64,000 nt of DNA from Candidatus Woesearchaeota archaeon (GTDB lineage Archaea; Nanobdellota; Nanobdellia; Woesearchaeales; GW2011-AR15): positions 22,718 to 86,717 of the forward strand of contig JAVZBY010000003.1 in the NCBI GenBank assembly GCA_038874655.1, written 5' to 3'. The notes beneath the pieces are model-generated. The model was not told the DNA's origin. It did not search any database and saw only the letters and a list, made by a program, of their open reading frames with translations. Position 1 is the stretch's first letter; each line of letters opens with the position of its first letter. Shown piece after piece: positions 51,351 to 61,400 of this stretch. The position numbers and the translations under genes were made by a program.

Positions 51351-51427
51351 TAAATCAATTTAAAAAATCAAACAAAAAACTCAGTAAATTATTTAAATTA
51401 ATATCTAATCCATTAATAAATATTAAT

Positions 51428-51500
51428 GCCTCGATAGCTTAGTAGGTAGAGCGATGGACTGTTAATCCATAGGTCGCCAGTTCGAGTCTGGCTCGAGGCG
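51428..51500 (+). tRNA. tRNA-Asn (anticodon GUU), 73 nt, no encoded CCA
   Basis: Acceptor stem GCCTCGA/TCGAGGC plus discriminator G. D-arm AGCTTAGTAGGTAGAGC. Anticodon stem-loop ATGGA-CTGTTAA-TCCAT, giving GTT. T-arm GCCAG-TTCGAGT-CTGGC. Followed by an oligo-T tract. Confidence 0.85.
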
Positions 51501-51540
51501 CTTTTTAAAAAATTTTTTAGAAAAAACATAAAATTTCTTT

Positions 51541-53757
51541 TTAAATATTTCCAACTAAGTTTGTATTTTGAAGAACTGTTGCTGCAATTAAATTAAAAAC
51601 CAAAATCACAAAAAAAGCAATTAAACAATAAAGTAAACCACTTTTTTTAAAATAAACACCTAACAAATATTTTTCATTCAAAGGGTCATAACCATTTTCA
51701 ATAGTATTTAACATAGTTGTTAATAAATATGTTACTTGAATTATATAAATTCCAATAACAACTTGAAAATAAAAACTAGGGATTGAGTCTCTAAACAAAT
51801 CTAACATTGAACCAAATTGTTGTGCATTTGCAGCACCACCTGCTTCTCTAGTTAAAATATCCATTTGAGCAGATAATTTATTTAATATTGTTGTTATCAT
51901 GGATGTCAAACCTATGACAACACCCGCAATTAAAGGCGCTAAAAAACTTATTTGACTTTTCATACTACTAGTAATTTCTGACATTAAATCCTTTAATCTT
52001 TCTTCAACTTTATGCATTTCTTTAACATAATTAGAAATATTTATCAACGCCTCAGATGCAATCAAAGGTCCTTTTTTTGCACTTTCCACAAAAACTTTCA
52101 TAGAACTCTGAATCAATGCAGATGGAAACTTATTAATTGCACCATATTTTTTATCAAAAATAGCATCTTCAACACCCATTCCCAAATTAGAAATATTATT
52201 ATAAACTAATTCAAAAAATTTTCCTGCATTAGTATTTTGAGTGATTTGGCTTACTTTATAGAAAGCAATCTCAGCAGGCAACCCATCTCCTACTCTATTT
52301 CCTAATTGAAACAAAGCTGCAGCAAACTCATTTTCTAACTCTCTTGTTTTATTCCTAATTTCAATTAATTTTCTAGTATAAGTTAAATAATAGAAACTCA
52401 ACCCTAGTGTTAATCCTAAAGGCAATAAAATACTCAAAAGTGTTGAAAAAATTCCATAAGGTCCAATTATCTTACCTTGACTATTTTCTTTATAACCTAA
52501 AAAAGTAAAAGAATATTCTTTTACTTTGTCCATTGAAGTTATTATCTCAAAATCATAATCATTTGTTAAACCAATATCCCAATAACTACCTGAAAGATTA
52601 TTAATCCCATAAATAACTAAAGGTAAGAAAGCTATAAAAACAAAAAAACCAGTTATCCCTAATGAAATCCATAAAGGATTTACTCTATATTCTTTATTAA
52701 AAAACTTAATATTCAAATATGCATATTTCTTTAACTCTTCATTAACCTCAGTAATATCTGCTTGTCCATAACCACTTGGTCTTGTAGACAAAATAATCTT
52801 GCCGAAATACCATACAAGCAAAGGCAAAAAGAGATTATATAAAATAGCAATATGATACCATTCAACACCTCCTAAAAAACCAACAACTAAAGGCAAAATA
52901 ACTAAACCTAATATTGGCAAAATAACACCTAACATATGTAAAGTTGTTATAGGGCTTTTTAATTCCTGTGCAAAGTGAAGCATTTTTTCATAAGTTGATT
53001 CTAACATAACTGACATTGCTTTTTCTAAAGATTCAAGTCTCTTTTTTTCACTTGGCTCATATAAAGAAGCTTCAATCAAATGCATACTTTCAACAAACTC
53101 CATATTATATTTTTTCCATCTTTCTAAATAATTATCTAAGGAATCTTTCAATGAATGAAACTTTCCTGTTTCTAAATTCCAAATAATTTTTTTAAAATCA
53201 ATACTTAAAGGAGGTTGTAAATGATCAGAAGTAAATTTTATTGCTAATTCTAGATTTGAAGTATGTCTCATAAAAGAAACAATATAAAAAATAGACATAA
53301 CCATCTGATTGCTTGCTTTTAATCGCCAAGAATTAGCCATAATAAATGGTAAATTCATTAAGGGAATAATTGAAATAAAACCAAAAAAAAGCCAAACCAT
53401 AATAAAAAAGACTATGCCTTCGCCATTAAAAAGCAAGCCATTAATTAAAAAAGTTAATAATATTGAAATTAAAACAAAACTTAAAGGAACTAAAACAGCA
53501 AAAGAATTAACTCCTTCTGGAGTAGTTTTTAAATGACATGTTTCTAAGGCTTCTTCAATCTCCTTTCTTTTTTTCTCATCTACTTTAAAAGATATTATCT
53601 TTGCACAGAAATTACAAGATTTTTCATAAAAAGAATAATGACTAGGCAAAATCTCGTTTTCAAAATCTTGAAAATCATCTGTCTTAACCCCTAAATTTTG
53701 ATTTTTATATCTTTTTGTAAATTCTTCTATCTCTTTTTTAATTTGCTCTTCGTCCAA
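51541..53757 (-). CDS. Large polytopic membrane protein (738 aa) with two cytoplasmic domains each followed by TM helices; possibly a T2SS-F/FlaJ/TadC-like filament-assembly platform
   Basis: About 9-11 hydrophobic segments. The repeated architecture (soluble roughly 150-aa domain plus a TM bundle, twice) and segments like ALFQLGNRVGDGLPAEIAFYKV resemble T2SSF-domain proteins. This is inferred from architecture, not a confirmed motif match. Confidence 0.4.
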   Translation of the reverse strand: MDEEQIKKEIEEFTKRYKNQNLGVKTDDFQDFENEILPSHYSFYEKSCNFCAKIISFKVDEKKRKEIEEALETCHLKTTPEGVNSFAVLVPLSFVLISILLTFLINGLLFNGEGIVFFIMVWLFFGFISIIPLMNLPFIMANSWRLKASNQMVMSIFYIVSFMRHTSNLELAIKFTSDHLQPPLSIDFKKIIWNLETGKFHSLKDSLDNYLERWKKYNMEFVESMHLIEASLYEPSEKKRLESLEKAMSVMLESTYEKMLHFAQELKSPITTLHMLGVILPILGLVILPLVVGFLGGVEWYHIAILYNLFLPLLVWYFGKIILSTRPSGYGQADITEVNEELKKYAYLNIKFFNKEYRVNPLWISLGITGFFVFIAFLPLVIYGINNLSGSYWDIGLTNDYDFEIITSMDKVKEYSFTFLGYKENSQGKIIGPYGIFSTLLSILLPLGLTLGLSFYYLTYTRKLIEIRNKTRELENEFAAALFQLGNRVGDGLPAEIAFYKVSQITQNTNAGKFFELVYNNISNLGMGVEDAIFDKKYGAINKFPSALIQSSMKVFVESAKKGPLIASEALINISNYVKEMHKVEERLKDLMSEITSSMKSQISFLAPLIAGVVIGLTSMITTILNKLSAQMDILTREAGGAANAQQFGSMLDLFRDSIPSFYFQVVIGIYIIQVTYLLTTMLNTIENGYDPLNEKYLLGVYFKKSGLLYCLIAFFVILVFNLIAATVLQNTNLVGNI

Positions 53758-53986
53758 TTTAAGCCTCTTTTTTTAAAAAAATTATATTCAAATAAGGTAA
53801 GAAATTGCCATTTAAAAGGATTTCTATAAAAAATGAGAATCCATAAAATAAATAATTGCAAAAGAATGTATTTTTTATAAATCCTCAATTTTTTATAATT
53901 AAATAAAATTATAATAAAATTTTTATACTAACATTCATAATCTAATAATTGGTAAAAAAAATTGTAAAATAAAAAAGGAGTTAAAA

Positions 53987-56900
53987 ATGAAAAAAAATCA
54001 AGTTTCTATTTTTTTAATAATTGGTATTATGATTATAACACTCGTTTTATCGATAATCTTATTAAATAAAGATAATAAAGTTGGTTCTACCTATAGTTCT
54101 GTATTATTTACAACAAAAATACAAGAATATTCCAATTTTAGAGATTTATGCATTGAGAAATCAGTTAATAACGCATTAACATATAATCTCATAAAAGAAG
54201 AAAACAAAAAAGATATAGAGAATTACATTAAATATTATCTATATTATTGCTTATTAGATAGCCCATTAAAAAACACTGATTACAATATACAAATAGAAAC
54301 TCCTTTAAGTAAAGATTATATTATAGAAGTTAATATTTATGAAGACAGTATTCATGTAAAAGGAGAATTACCTATAAAAGTTAGTTATCAAGATAATAAT
54401 AAAGAATTTAAAAAATTTGAATATATCTTAAAAAAAGAAAAAATTGAAAAAATAAAAGAAAGTCAAAAATTTAATTTAATATCTACAGATAAATATTTCA
54501 TACTTCAAATACCAGAGAACACTAAAATTTATTCAAAGGATAATTTTCAGATTGACTTATTAAGTGCAAAATTTGATGATAAAGAAAAAATATCCCAAAA
54601 CCCTTATTTAGAAGGAACAAAAGTATATTATATAACAGATTCAAAATTTAGCAATAAAGTAAAAGCATGTATTAATTATATTGAAGATATGTTAAATGAA
54701 GATAGTGATGAAAAAAATCTTGCACTAGCATGGTATGATGAAGAAAGAAAAGTTTGGGTTGCAAGAGAAAGTGAGATAAATACAAAAAACAAAATAATTT
54801 GTGCAGATTTTGATCATTTTAGTCCAGTTGCTTTAGTAAAAAATACTTACACTGAAGAAAAAAATAAAGAAAAAACTTTAAAATGGGATTTTTTTATAGA
54901 ACACATACATAGACCATGTTCTTCTTCACCTGATAATATCCCAAAAGGAAAAATAATTGAACAAAGACCAGAAATAGATAAAAGATACACCGGATTATTT
55001 AACAAAAATATTGGAACAAAAGAATATGAAGAATTTTATGAAACTAGATGGAAATTTAATGATTTTAAAGAAAAAGATGAAAGAGATGCCCCACATAGAT
55101 ATGGTGTTTATGCTACTCCACAAATGTATCAAACATTATTAATAAGAGGACATGACAATTTAAATACTGAATATATTCATATTTCAGGGATTAGAGCATT
55201 AAAAAGTGAATTATATAATGAACAAAATATTTGGAAATTTGAAGATTTAAATGAAAATCAAGAGATTAATATACAGGAAACAAAAAATGATAGAATAACG
55301 GGAAGTGATATGAGTTTAATAAAATATAAATATAGTAATATAAATGATTGGATAATAATTCCTAGCTTTGAACCTAATGAACATGCTGAATTATCTATTG
55401 AAGATTGGGATGATGATGATTTATATTCAATAACAGATAATTATTGTGATGATAAACCCTGTCTAAAATGTATTGATATAACTAATGATAAAAATGCTAT
55501 TGAAGTATCTTGTGATTTATATAAAGAAGATTGCCTAAAAAAATGTAAATCAAAAGCAAAAGAAATTTATTTAGAATTCGAAAAAAAAGGTTGGGCTCCT
55601 TGGAATCCAAGTAATGATGGTATTTTAGATTATAAATATATATCTAAAGAGCAATTAATTCCTAACTTAGTAGAATGTAAAATAGAACATGGAACAGTTA
55701 TTGGAACAATTATTGATTGTAATATTGACGAAACTGATATAGCTACACCAATGTTTTGGGGTTATGGAAATAAAAAAACAGGATTAAGATCTAGTCAAGG
55801 TAATTATAAAGATAGCCCAGATTTTGGTTATGAAGGTGCTGGAAATAATGATCATCCTGTCACTTATGATTTTGAGATAATTTCACCTATATGTGATGAA
55901 ACTGAAGCAAAATTAAAAATAAAATGTTCTGAAAAAGACTTATGTATTATTAATTTAAACAACCACGAATTTAGATGTGAAAATAAAGAATGTATCATGG
56001 ATGTGAAAAACCTATTAATAGGATCTGAAAAAGGGAAAAACAAAATAACAGGTTATGTAATAAACAAAAGAGAAAGTCAAGATGTCTGTGCTTATGTTTC
56101 TGCTGAATTAATATTAACTGAGTGCCCTTCAAAAGAAAAAATAGAATGTGGTGATGGAATTATTAATCAAAACTGGGAACAATGTGATATTAATCCAGAA
56201 GGAATTGGAAAAGAATGTGATAATGGACAATGTATAATGTCAGGTGATTTAAAATGCACATGTCCTTCCATAGGAGTTTATTGTGGTGATGGAATTATTA
56301 ATCAAAAATTTGAGCAATGCGATTTAAAACCTGATGGTTCAGGAGTTAATTGTCAAAAAGGGATTTGTATAATGACTAGCAAACAAAGATGTATATGTAA
56401 AGAAGAAAAAAATTACTGCGGTGATAACATAATTCAAAGACCTAATGATGATGGTTTTATTGAAGAATGTGATGGCACAGATGACAAATCTTGTCCTGGA
56501 CAATGTAAAAGTGATTGTACTTGTCCTAATAGCATAAATACTTTATGTAAGGTGTGTCATTGGGATCAAGGCCAACCTGGTTGTTTTAGAGAATATACCT
56601 CTAATTGCCCAAACTCTTGGAATGGACACAATTCACATCAGTATGATATACTCGTTTGTGATCCTAACAATCCTCCAATATATTCAAATGGCAAAAAGGT
56701 TGATCCTTCAGAATGCAAACCTGAGTCTTTATGTAATCCAAAATGTTATGGAACAGGTTTATGTAATAAAAATAATATATGTGATTATAAAGAAAGTTGT
56801 GATAATTGTCCTCAAGATTGTGGAAAATGTCCATCTCCTACACCCCAACCTAATGAATGCAAAAAAAATGAAATAAAATGTGGAAACTATTGTTGTAGTA

Positions 56901-57112
56901 GTAATGAAGAATGTAAAAATAATATATGTATAAAAAAAGATAATCCACCTAAAGAAGAAAATCCACAACCTCCAAACCCTCCTGAAAATCCACCTAATCC
57001 ACCAACAAATAAATGCAAAGAAGGAGAAATTGAATGTGGTACAGAATGCTGTAATTCATATAAACCTATATGTGAACAAAAAAACAATAAATATCAATGT
57101 AAAAACAAATAA
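53987..57112 (+). CDS. Signal-anchored Cys-rich surface protein (1041 aa) with three tandem Myxococcus-type cysteine-rich repeats and a Pro-rich C-terminal segment
   Basis: SD AGGAG 8 nt before ATG. TM IFLIIGIMIITLVLSIILL. Repeats ECGDGIINQNWEQCD..., YCGDGIINQKFEQCD..., YCGDNIIQRPNDDGFIEECDG... (CGDG...EECD is the pattern of the Myxococcus Cys-rich repeat). NPPKEENPQPPNPPENPPNPPTN near the end. Confidence 0.65.
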   Translation: MKKNQVSIFLIIGIMIITLVLSIILLNKDNKVGSTYSSVLFTTKIQEYSNFRDLCIEKSVNNALTYNLIKEENKKDIENYIKYYLYYCLLDSPLKNTDYNIQIETPLSKDYIIEVNIYEDSIHVKGELPIKVSYQDNNKEFKKFEYILKKEKIEKIKESQKFNLISTDKYFILQIPENTKIYSKDNFQIDLLSAKFDDKEKISQNPYLEGTKVYYITDSKFSNKVKACINYIEDMLNEDSDEKNLALAWYDEERKVWVARESEINTKNKIICADFDHFSPVALVKNTYTEEKNKEKTLKWDFFIEHIHRPCSSSPDNIPKGKIIEQRPEIDKRYTGLFNKNIGTKEYEEFYETRWKFNDFKEKDERDAPHRYGVYATPQMYQTLLIRGHDNLNTEYIHISGIRALKSELYNEQNIWKFEDLNENQEINIQETKNDRITGSDMSLIKYKYSNINDWIIIPSFEPNEHAELSIEDWDDDDLYSITDNYCDDKPCLKCIDITNDKNAIEVSCDLYKEDCLKKCKSKAKEIYLEFEKKGWAPWNPSNDGILDYKYISKEQLIPNLVECKIEHGTVIGTIIDCNIDETDIATPMFWGYGNKKTGLRSSQGNYKDSPDFGYEGAGNNDHPVTYDFEIISPICDETEAKLKIKCSEKDLCIINLNNHEFRCENKECIMDVKNLLIGSEKGKNKITGYVINKRESQDVCAYVSAELILTECPSKEKIECGDGIINQNWEQCDINPEGIGKECDNGQCIMSGDLKCTCPSIGVYCGDGIINQKFEQCDLKPDGSGVNCQKGICIMTSKQRCICKEEKNYCGDNIIQRPNDDGFIEECDGTDDKSCPGQCKSDCTCPNSINTLCKVCHWDQGQPGCFREYTSNCPNSWNGHNSHQYDILVCDPNNPPIYSNGKKVDPSECKPESLCNPKCYGTGLCNKNNICDYKESCDNCPQDCGKCPSPTPQPNECKKNEIKCGNYCCSSNEECKNNICIKKDNPPKEENPQPPNPPENPPNPPTNKCKEGEIECGTECCNSYKPICEQKNNKYQCKNK

Positions 57113-57147
57113 AAACCTTTTAATATTTTTTCTTTATCTAAATTATA

Positions 57148-57606
57148 ATGCTAAAAAAAAAATATTCTGAATTGCAAAAAAAATATAATCTTCCTGATTA
57201 CAATTTAATTAATCAGGAATTTGACATAGAAGATATAAATGAAGAATCTGATTTAATCTTACAAAAAATAAGATTAAAAATATATGAAAAAATTGCTTTT
57301 TATTCTGAAATGTTTGAAAATATCTTACAACCAGAATCAAGCTTAGCTGATTTATATGAAGCACATTATATTGAAGAAAGTACAAAAAATAGCGCCTATT
57401 CAATTTATAAAAAATTAATAAAAATATTAAGAAAATCCTCATTAGTTTCATTAAACAATAGTGAACAAGAAAATGCAAAATTTATAATAGAAAGCTATAA
57501 CGAATGGAACAACTTAAAAAGTGAAATAGAAAAACACTTAAAAAGAAGATTAACTTTATGGGAAAAAGAAACTGATATAAGAGAAGATTTAAGTTATTTT
57601 GGATAA
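57148..57606 (+). CDS. Hypothetical cytoplasmic protein (152 aa)
   Basis: ORF only. Confidence 0.35.
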   Translation: MLKKKYSELQKKYNLPDYNLINQEFDIEDINEESDLILQKIRLKIYEKIAFYSEMFENILQPESSLADLYEAHYIEESTKNSAYSIYKKLIKILRKSSLVSLNNSEQENAKFIIESYNEWNNLKSEIEKHLKRRLTLWEKETDIREDLSYFG

Positions 57607-57687
57607 AAGGTTTTTGGATAAAAAGTTATTAAAATTATATAATATAAAAAAAATAACAATATAAAATAATAATATTGATGTGAGAGA

Positions 57688-58335
57688 ATGAATATAATAT
57701 TTTTAGGTCCTCCTGGTTCTGGAAAGGGAACTCAAGCAAAATTACTTTCTGAAAAATTAAAAATACCACATATATCAACAGGAGATATTTTTAGAGAAAA
57801 CATAAAAAATCAAACAGAACTAGGCAAAAAAGCATCTGAATTTATTAATAATGGTTTACTAGTCTCTGATGAAATCACAAATAATATGATAAAAGAAAGA
57901 TTAAATAGAAACGATTGTAAAAATGGTTTTATATTAGATGGCTATCCAAGAACAATAGCACAAGCAGAATTTCTAGACACAATAGCTAAAATAGATAAAA
58001 TAATAAACTTTGAATTAGATGACGAAGAAATAATAAAAAGAATTTCTGGCAGAAGAACTTGTCCTAATTGTAATTCTGTTTATAATATTTATAGTGCAAA
58101 ACCTAAAAAAGAAAATATATGTGATAAATGTGGTTCAGAATTAAAGCAAAGAGATGATGAAAAACCTGGTGTAGTTAAAAAAAGATTAGAAGTATATAGA
58201 AAAGAAACAAAACCTTTAATAGATTATTATAAAAAAAAAAATAAAGACTTATTCTATAATATTAGTGCATATTCTAAAATAGAGGAAGTATTTAAAAAAT
58301 TATTAGATACTATTAACTTATATAAAATTAGATAA
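57688..58335 (+). CDS. adk: Adenylate kinase, long bacterial type with a Cys4 zinc lid
   Basis: P-loop GPPGSGKGTQA; LID with CPNC...CDKC; 215 aa. Confidence 0.9.
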   Translation: MNIIFLGPPGSGKGTQAKLLSEKLKIPHISTGDIFRENIKNQTELGKKASEFINNGLLVSDEITNNMIKERLNRNDCKNGFILDGYPRTIAQAEFLDTIAKIDKIINFELDDEEIIKRISGRRTCPNCNSVYNIYSAKPKKENICDKCGSELKQRDDEKPGVVKKRLEVYRKETKPLIDYYKKKNKDLFYNISAYSKIEEVFKKLLDTINLYKIR

Positions 58336-58456
58336 AAAAATAGATAAAACACTATAAAACGAAAAAATATTTAAACTTGATTTCTTATCAAAAAAATGTA
58401 TACTGGTTTATAAATTATTTTGTTATTATAAATAGGAAAATCAAGAGGTGGGGAGA

Positions 58457-61400
58457 ATGAATAAGAAAAAAATTTTCTTATTTTTCATAAGTATAATCAT
58501 ATTATCTATTATCTTAAACTTTACATTTGGACAATTTAATACATTAAAAAAAGTTGCTTGTACAGATGATATGAAACAATGTCCTGATGGGAGTTATGTT
58601 ACTAGAAACCCTCTTAATAATTGTAATTTTTATCCTTGCCCTGGAGAAGAGACTAACATAAACCAATGCATTGATAGTGATGGATTAAATTTTACAAAAA
58701 AAAGCACTACAATTAATAATCTAGAAAGAAAAACTGATAGTTGCTTATTAGATATAAATAATAAAGAATCATTTTATATTTATGGAAAATATTTAGCTGA
58801 ATATTATTGTAATAATAATAAAATTAATGTCACTTATATAGATTGTCGCTATGGCTGTATTGATGGTGCATGCTACACTAAAGAACCAAATTGCACAACT
58901 ATTGGAACAGTAATGTATGTTGATCCTTATGGTTATGGTTATATTGGCTGTGATATTATTGCTGAAGGGCCAATTGATCCTGATAAAAGTATATGCATTA
59001 GTTCAAAAACAAGAAAAAATATTTCTTTATTAATACAGGAAAAAGTTAAAGAAAATATTTATCATTATTATAACACATTAACGGGTTTAGATCCAAATGA
59101 AGAAGTTAGAGTTTATATCAGAACTTTTTATAATGGAACTAAAGAATGTTATCCTCCATTAAATAAAAAAGAATCACTCTATTCTATACAAACAAATACC
59201 ACAAATCAAGAAACAAATACAACTAATTTAAATTGTAGCAAAGAAGGAGAAATGTGTGGTGGCTTTGCAGGTTATTTATGCTGTGATGGATTAAAATGTA
59301 AATATGAGAATGGTTTTATAACTTATCCTGATGAATCTGGAGTTTGTGTTCCTATACAAGAAAAAATTCAATGTCAAGATACTGATTATTATAATCTAAG
59401 CATTCCTGGAAATTCAACCAAAGGTAATATAATTAAAAAAGACACATGCTATTATGATGATAATTTAAAAGAATTTTCAGCTTCAAGATCTGGAAAATAC
59501 CTAGCAGAATATTATTGTGATAATAACAATATTAATGTTAGCTATGAAGAATGTTTTATGGGTTGTTATAAATCTGCATGTTATGATAAACTCCCTAAAT
59601 GTAAAACTCTTCCAACAACCATAGACAATCAAGGAACTATTGTATGTAACATTTTAGTTGAGGGCCCTATTGATCAATTTAATAGTTATTGTATTGGTGA
59701 AAGCACTCGTAAAAATAAAAGTTTTGCTTATCAAAGAGAAATAAATCAAACAACAGATTTATATTCAACAACCTTAACAAATTTAAACCCCACTGAAAAA
59801 GTAAGAGCCTTCATAAAAAGTTATTATTATAATTCTACATTTGAGTGTTATCCTCAATTAAATAGTCTCTCACAAAACAATGTGAATAATTTATTAGAAG
59901 AATCCCTATCATATAAAAGTGCTTATTGGATATGTCAAGATGGAACTGAAGTCAATCAAGAAAGTCAAACCTCTTGTAATACTTATGCAGGTTGGTTTAC
60001 AATCGCAAATGAATTTTGTAAAGATAAATGCTCTTTAATTAATAATTCATGTGGTATATTAAATTTCATAATCGGTGAACAATGTAATAATATTGAACAT
60101 GAATCCCCCCTAATATCTTATACCTTAGAAACAAATAAAAAAGTATATGAATATGGTGAAACTGTAAAAATAATTGGCACAGTAATCGGTACTAATAACT
60201 CTGAAGTAAAAACTTGGATTCAAACACCTGATAAAAAAATAAGATTATTAAATGTTAATAAAGAATGTGAACGATGCACTTTAATAAATTGTATTAACAA
60301 ATGCTACTATACTAGTGAATATAAAATAGGTGATGAAACCTCATTTAGAAGCAATGAAGAAATAGAACCTCCTACACCAATAAGACAAGATACTAGTACT
60401 TCTACCAACATGATGACTGGATATGTTGTACTACCTAATCAAGTATATAATGTTTTTTCAAGAGCAATAACTATTATCAACAATACTGAATATGTTAATA
60501 ATGCAACAACTTCTTTTGGTGTATCTATTAATGAGACTAATATTGAGCTAAAGGTTAACGCAAACGAATTACCTTTTGTGGCAGTCCTATTAAAGAATAA
60601 GGAAAAGCTACCTGTAGAGATCCAGGTTAAAGATATAAAAATCTATAAATATATAAATAATGAAAAAGTAGAATTAAAAGATTTATGTAATTCAAATATA
60701 AAAAATAGAGATGTAAATATAGGTTCTAATGAACTTATAGAGATTTCTAGTTGGAATAAAAAATTAAAAAATCAAGAAAATAATGAATGTAACTATAATG
60801 CAAACTCTGGAATTTACGAAGCTGAAGTTGAATACTCAATAAAAAATACTGATACAAGCATATTCAAATCTAAAACATTTTTAGTATTAGACCCTCAAGC
60901 AAATAGTTGTAATCCTGTTTGTAAAGCAATTTCTACTAATAATGAAGGATGGTATAATTCATGTACAGGTGTTTTATTAAAGTATGAAAAATGTAGTATT
61001 ACCTCAAAAGAATACAATCAACCTAAAGAAAATGGAGAATATTGTTTAGCGAATAAAGAGTGTATTAGTAATAGTTGTTCTAATAATAAATGTACAAAGA
61101 AAGAAAGCATTTTAGATATTATAAAAAGATGGCTAAATGGTTGCACTCCAAGTGATGAAATATGTGATGGAAAAGATAATAACTGCAATAATTTAGTTGA
61201 CGAAGGCTGTATATACTGTAGTGATACTGACAAAGGATTTAATGTATATACAAAAGGTATAGTCAATGGAAGAGATAATATAAATATTTATACAAAAACA
61301 GACAACTGCAGAGATAATTATAATTTAACTGAATTTTATTGTTATAAGGACATAGTTTACAATAAAACATATAGATGTCCTTATGGATGTAATGATGGAA

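Noticed and set aside
51237-51540. Integrated mobile element using tRNA-Asn as attachment site
   Set aside because: No integrase or recombinase ORF was recognised on either side. I could not find a second copy of the tRNA 3' half (TTCGAGTCTGGCTCGAGGCG) elsewhere in the window that would mark an attR. The flanking genes look like a coherent operon rather than cargo.
53818-53842. Imperfect inverted repeat GGATTTCT-N9-AGAATCC between the divergent membrane-protein and Cys-rich genes
   Set aside because: Short, imperfect and single-copy, so not distinguishable from chance in AT-rich intergenic DNA.
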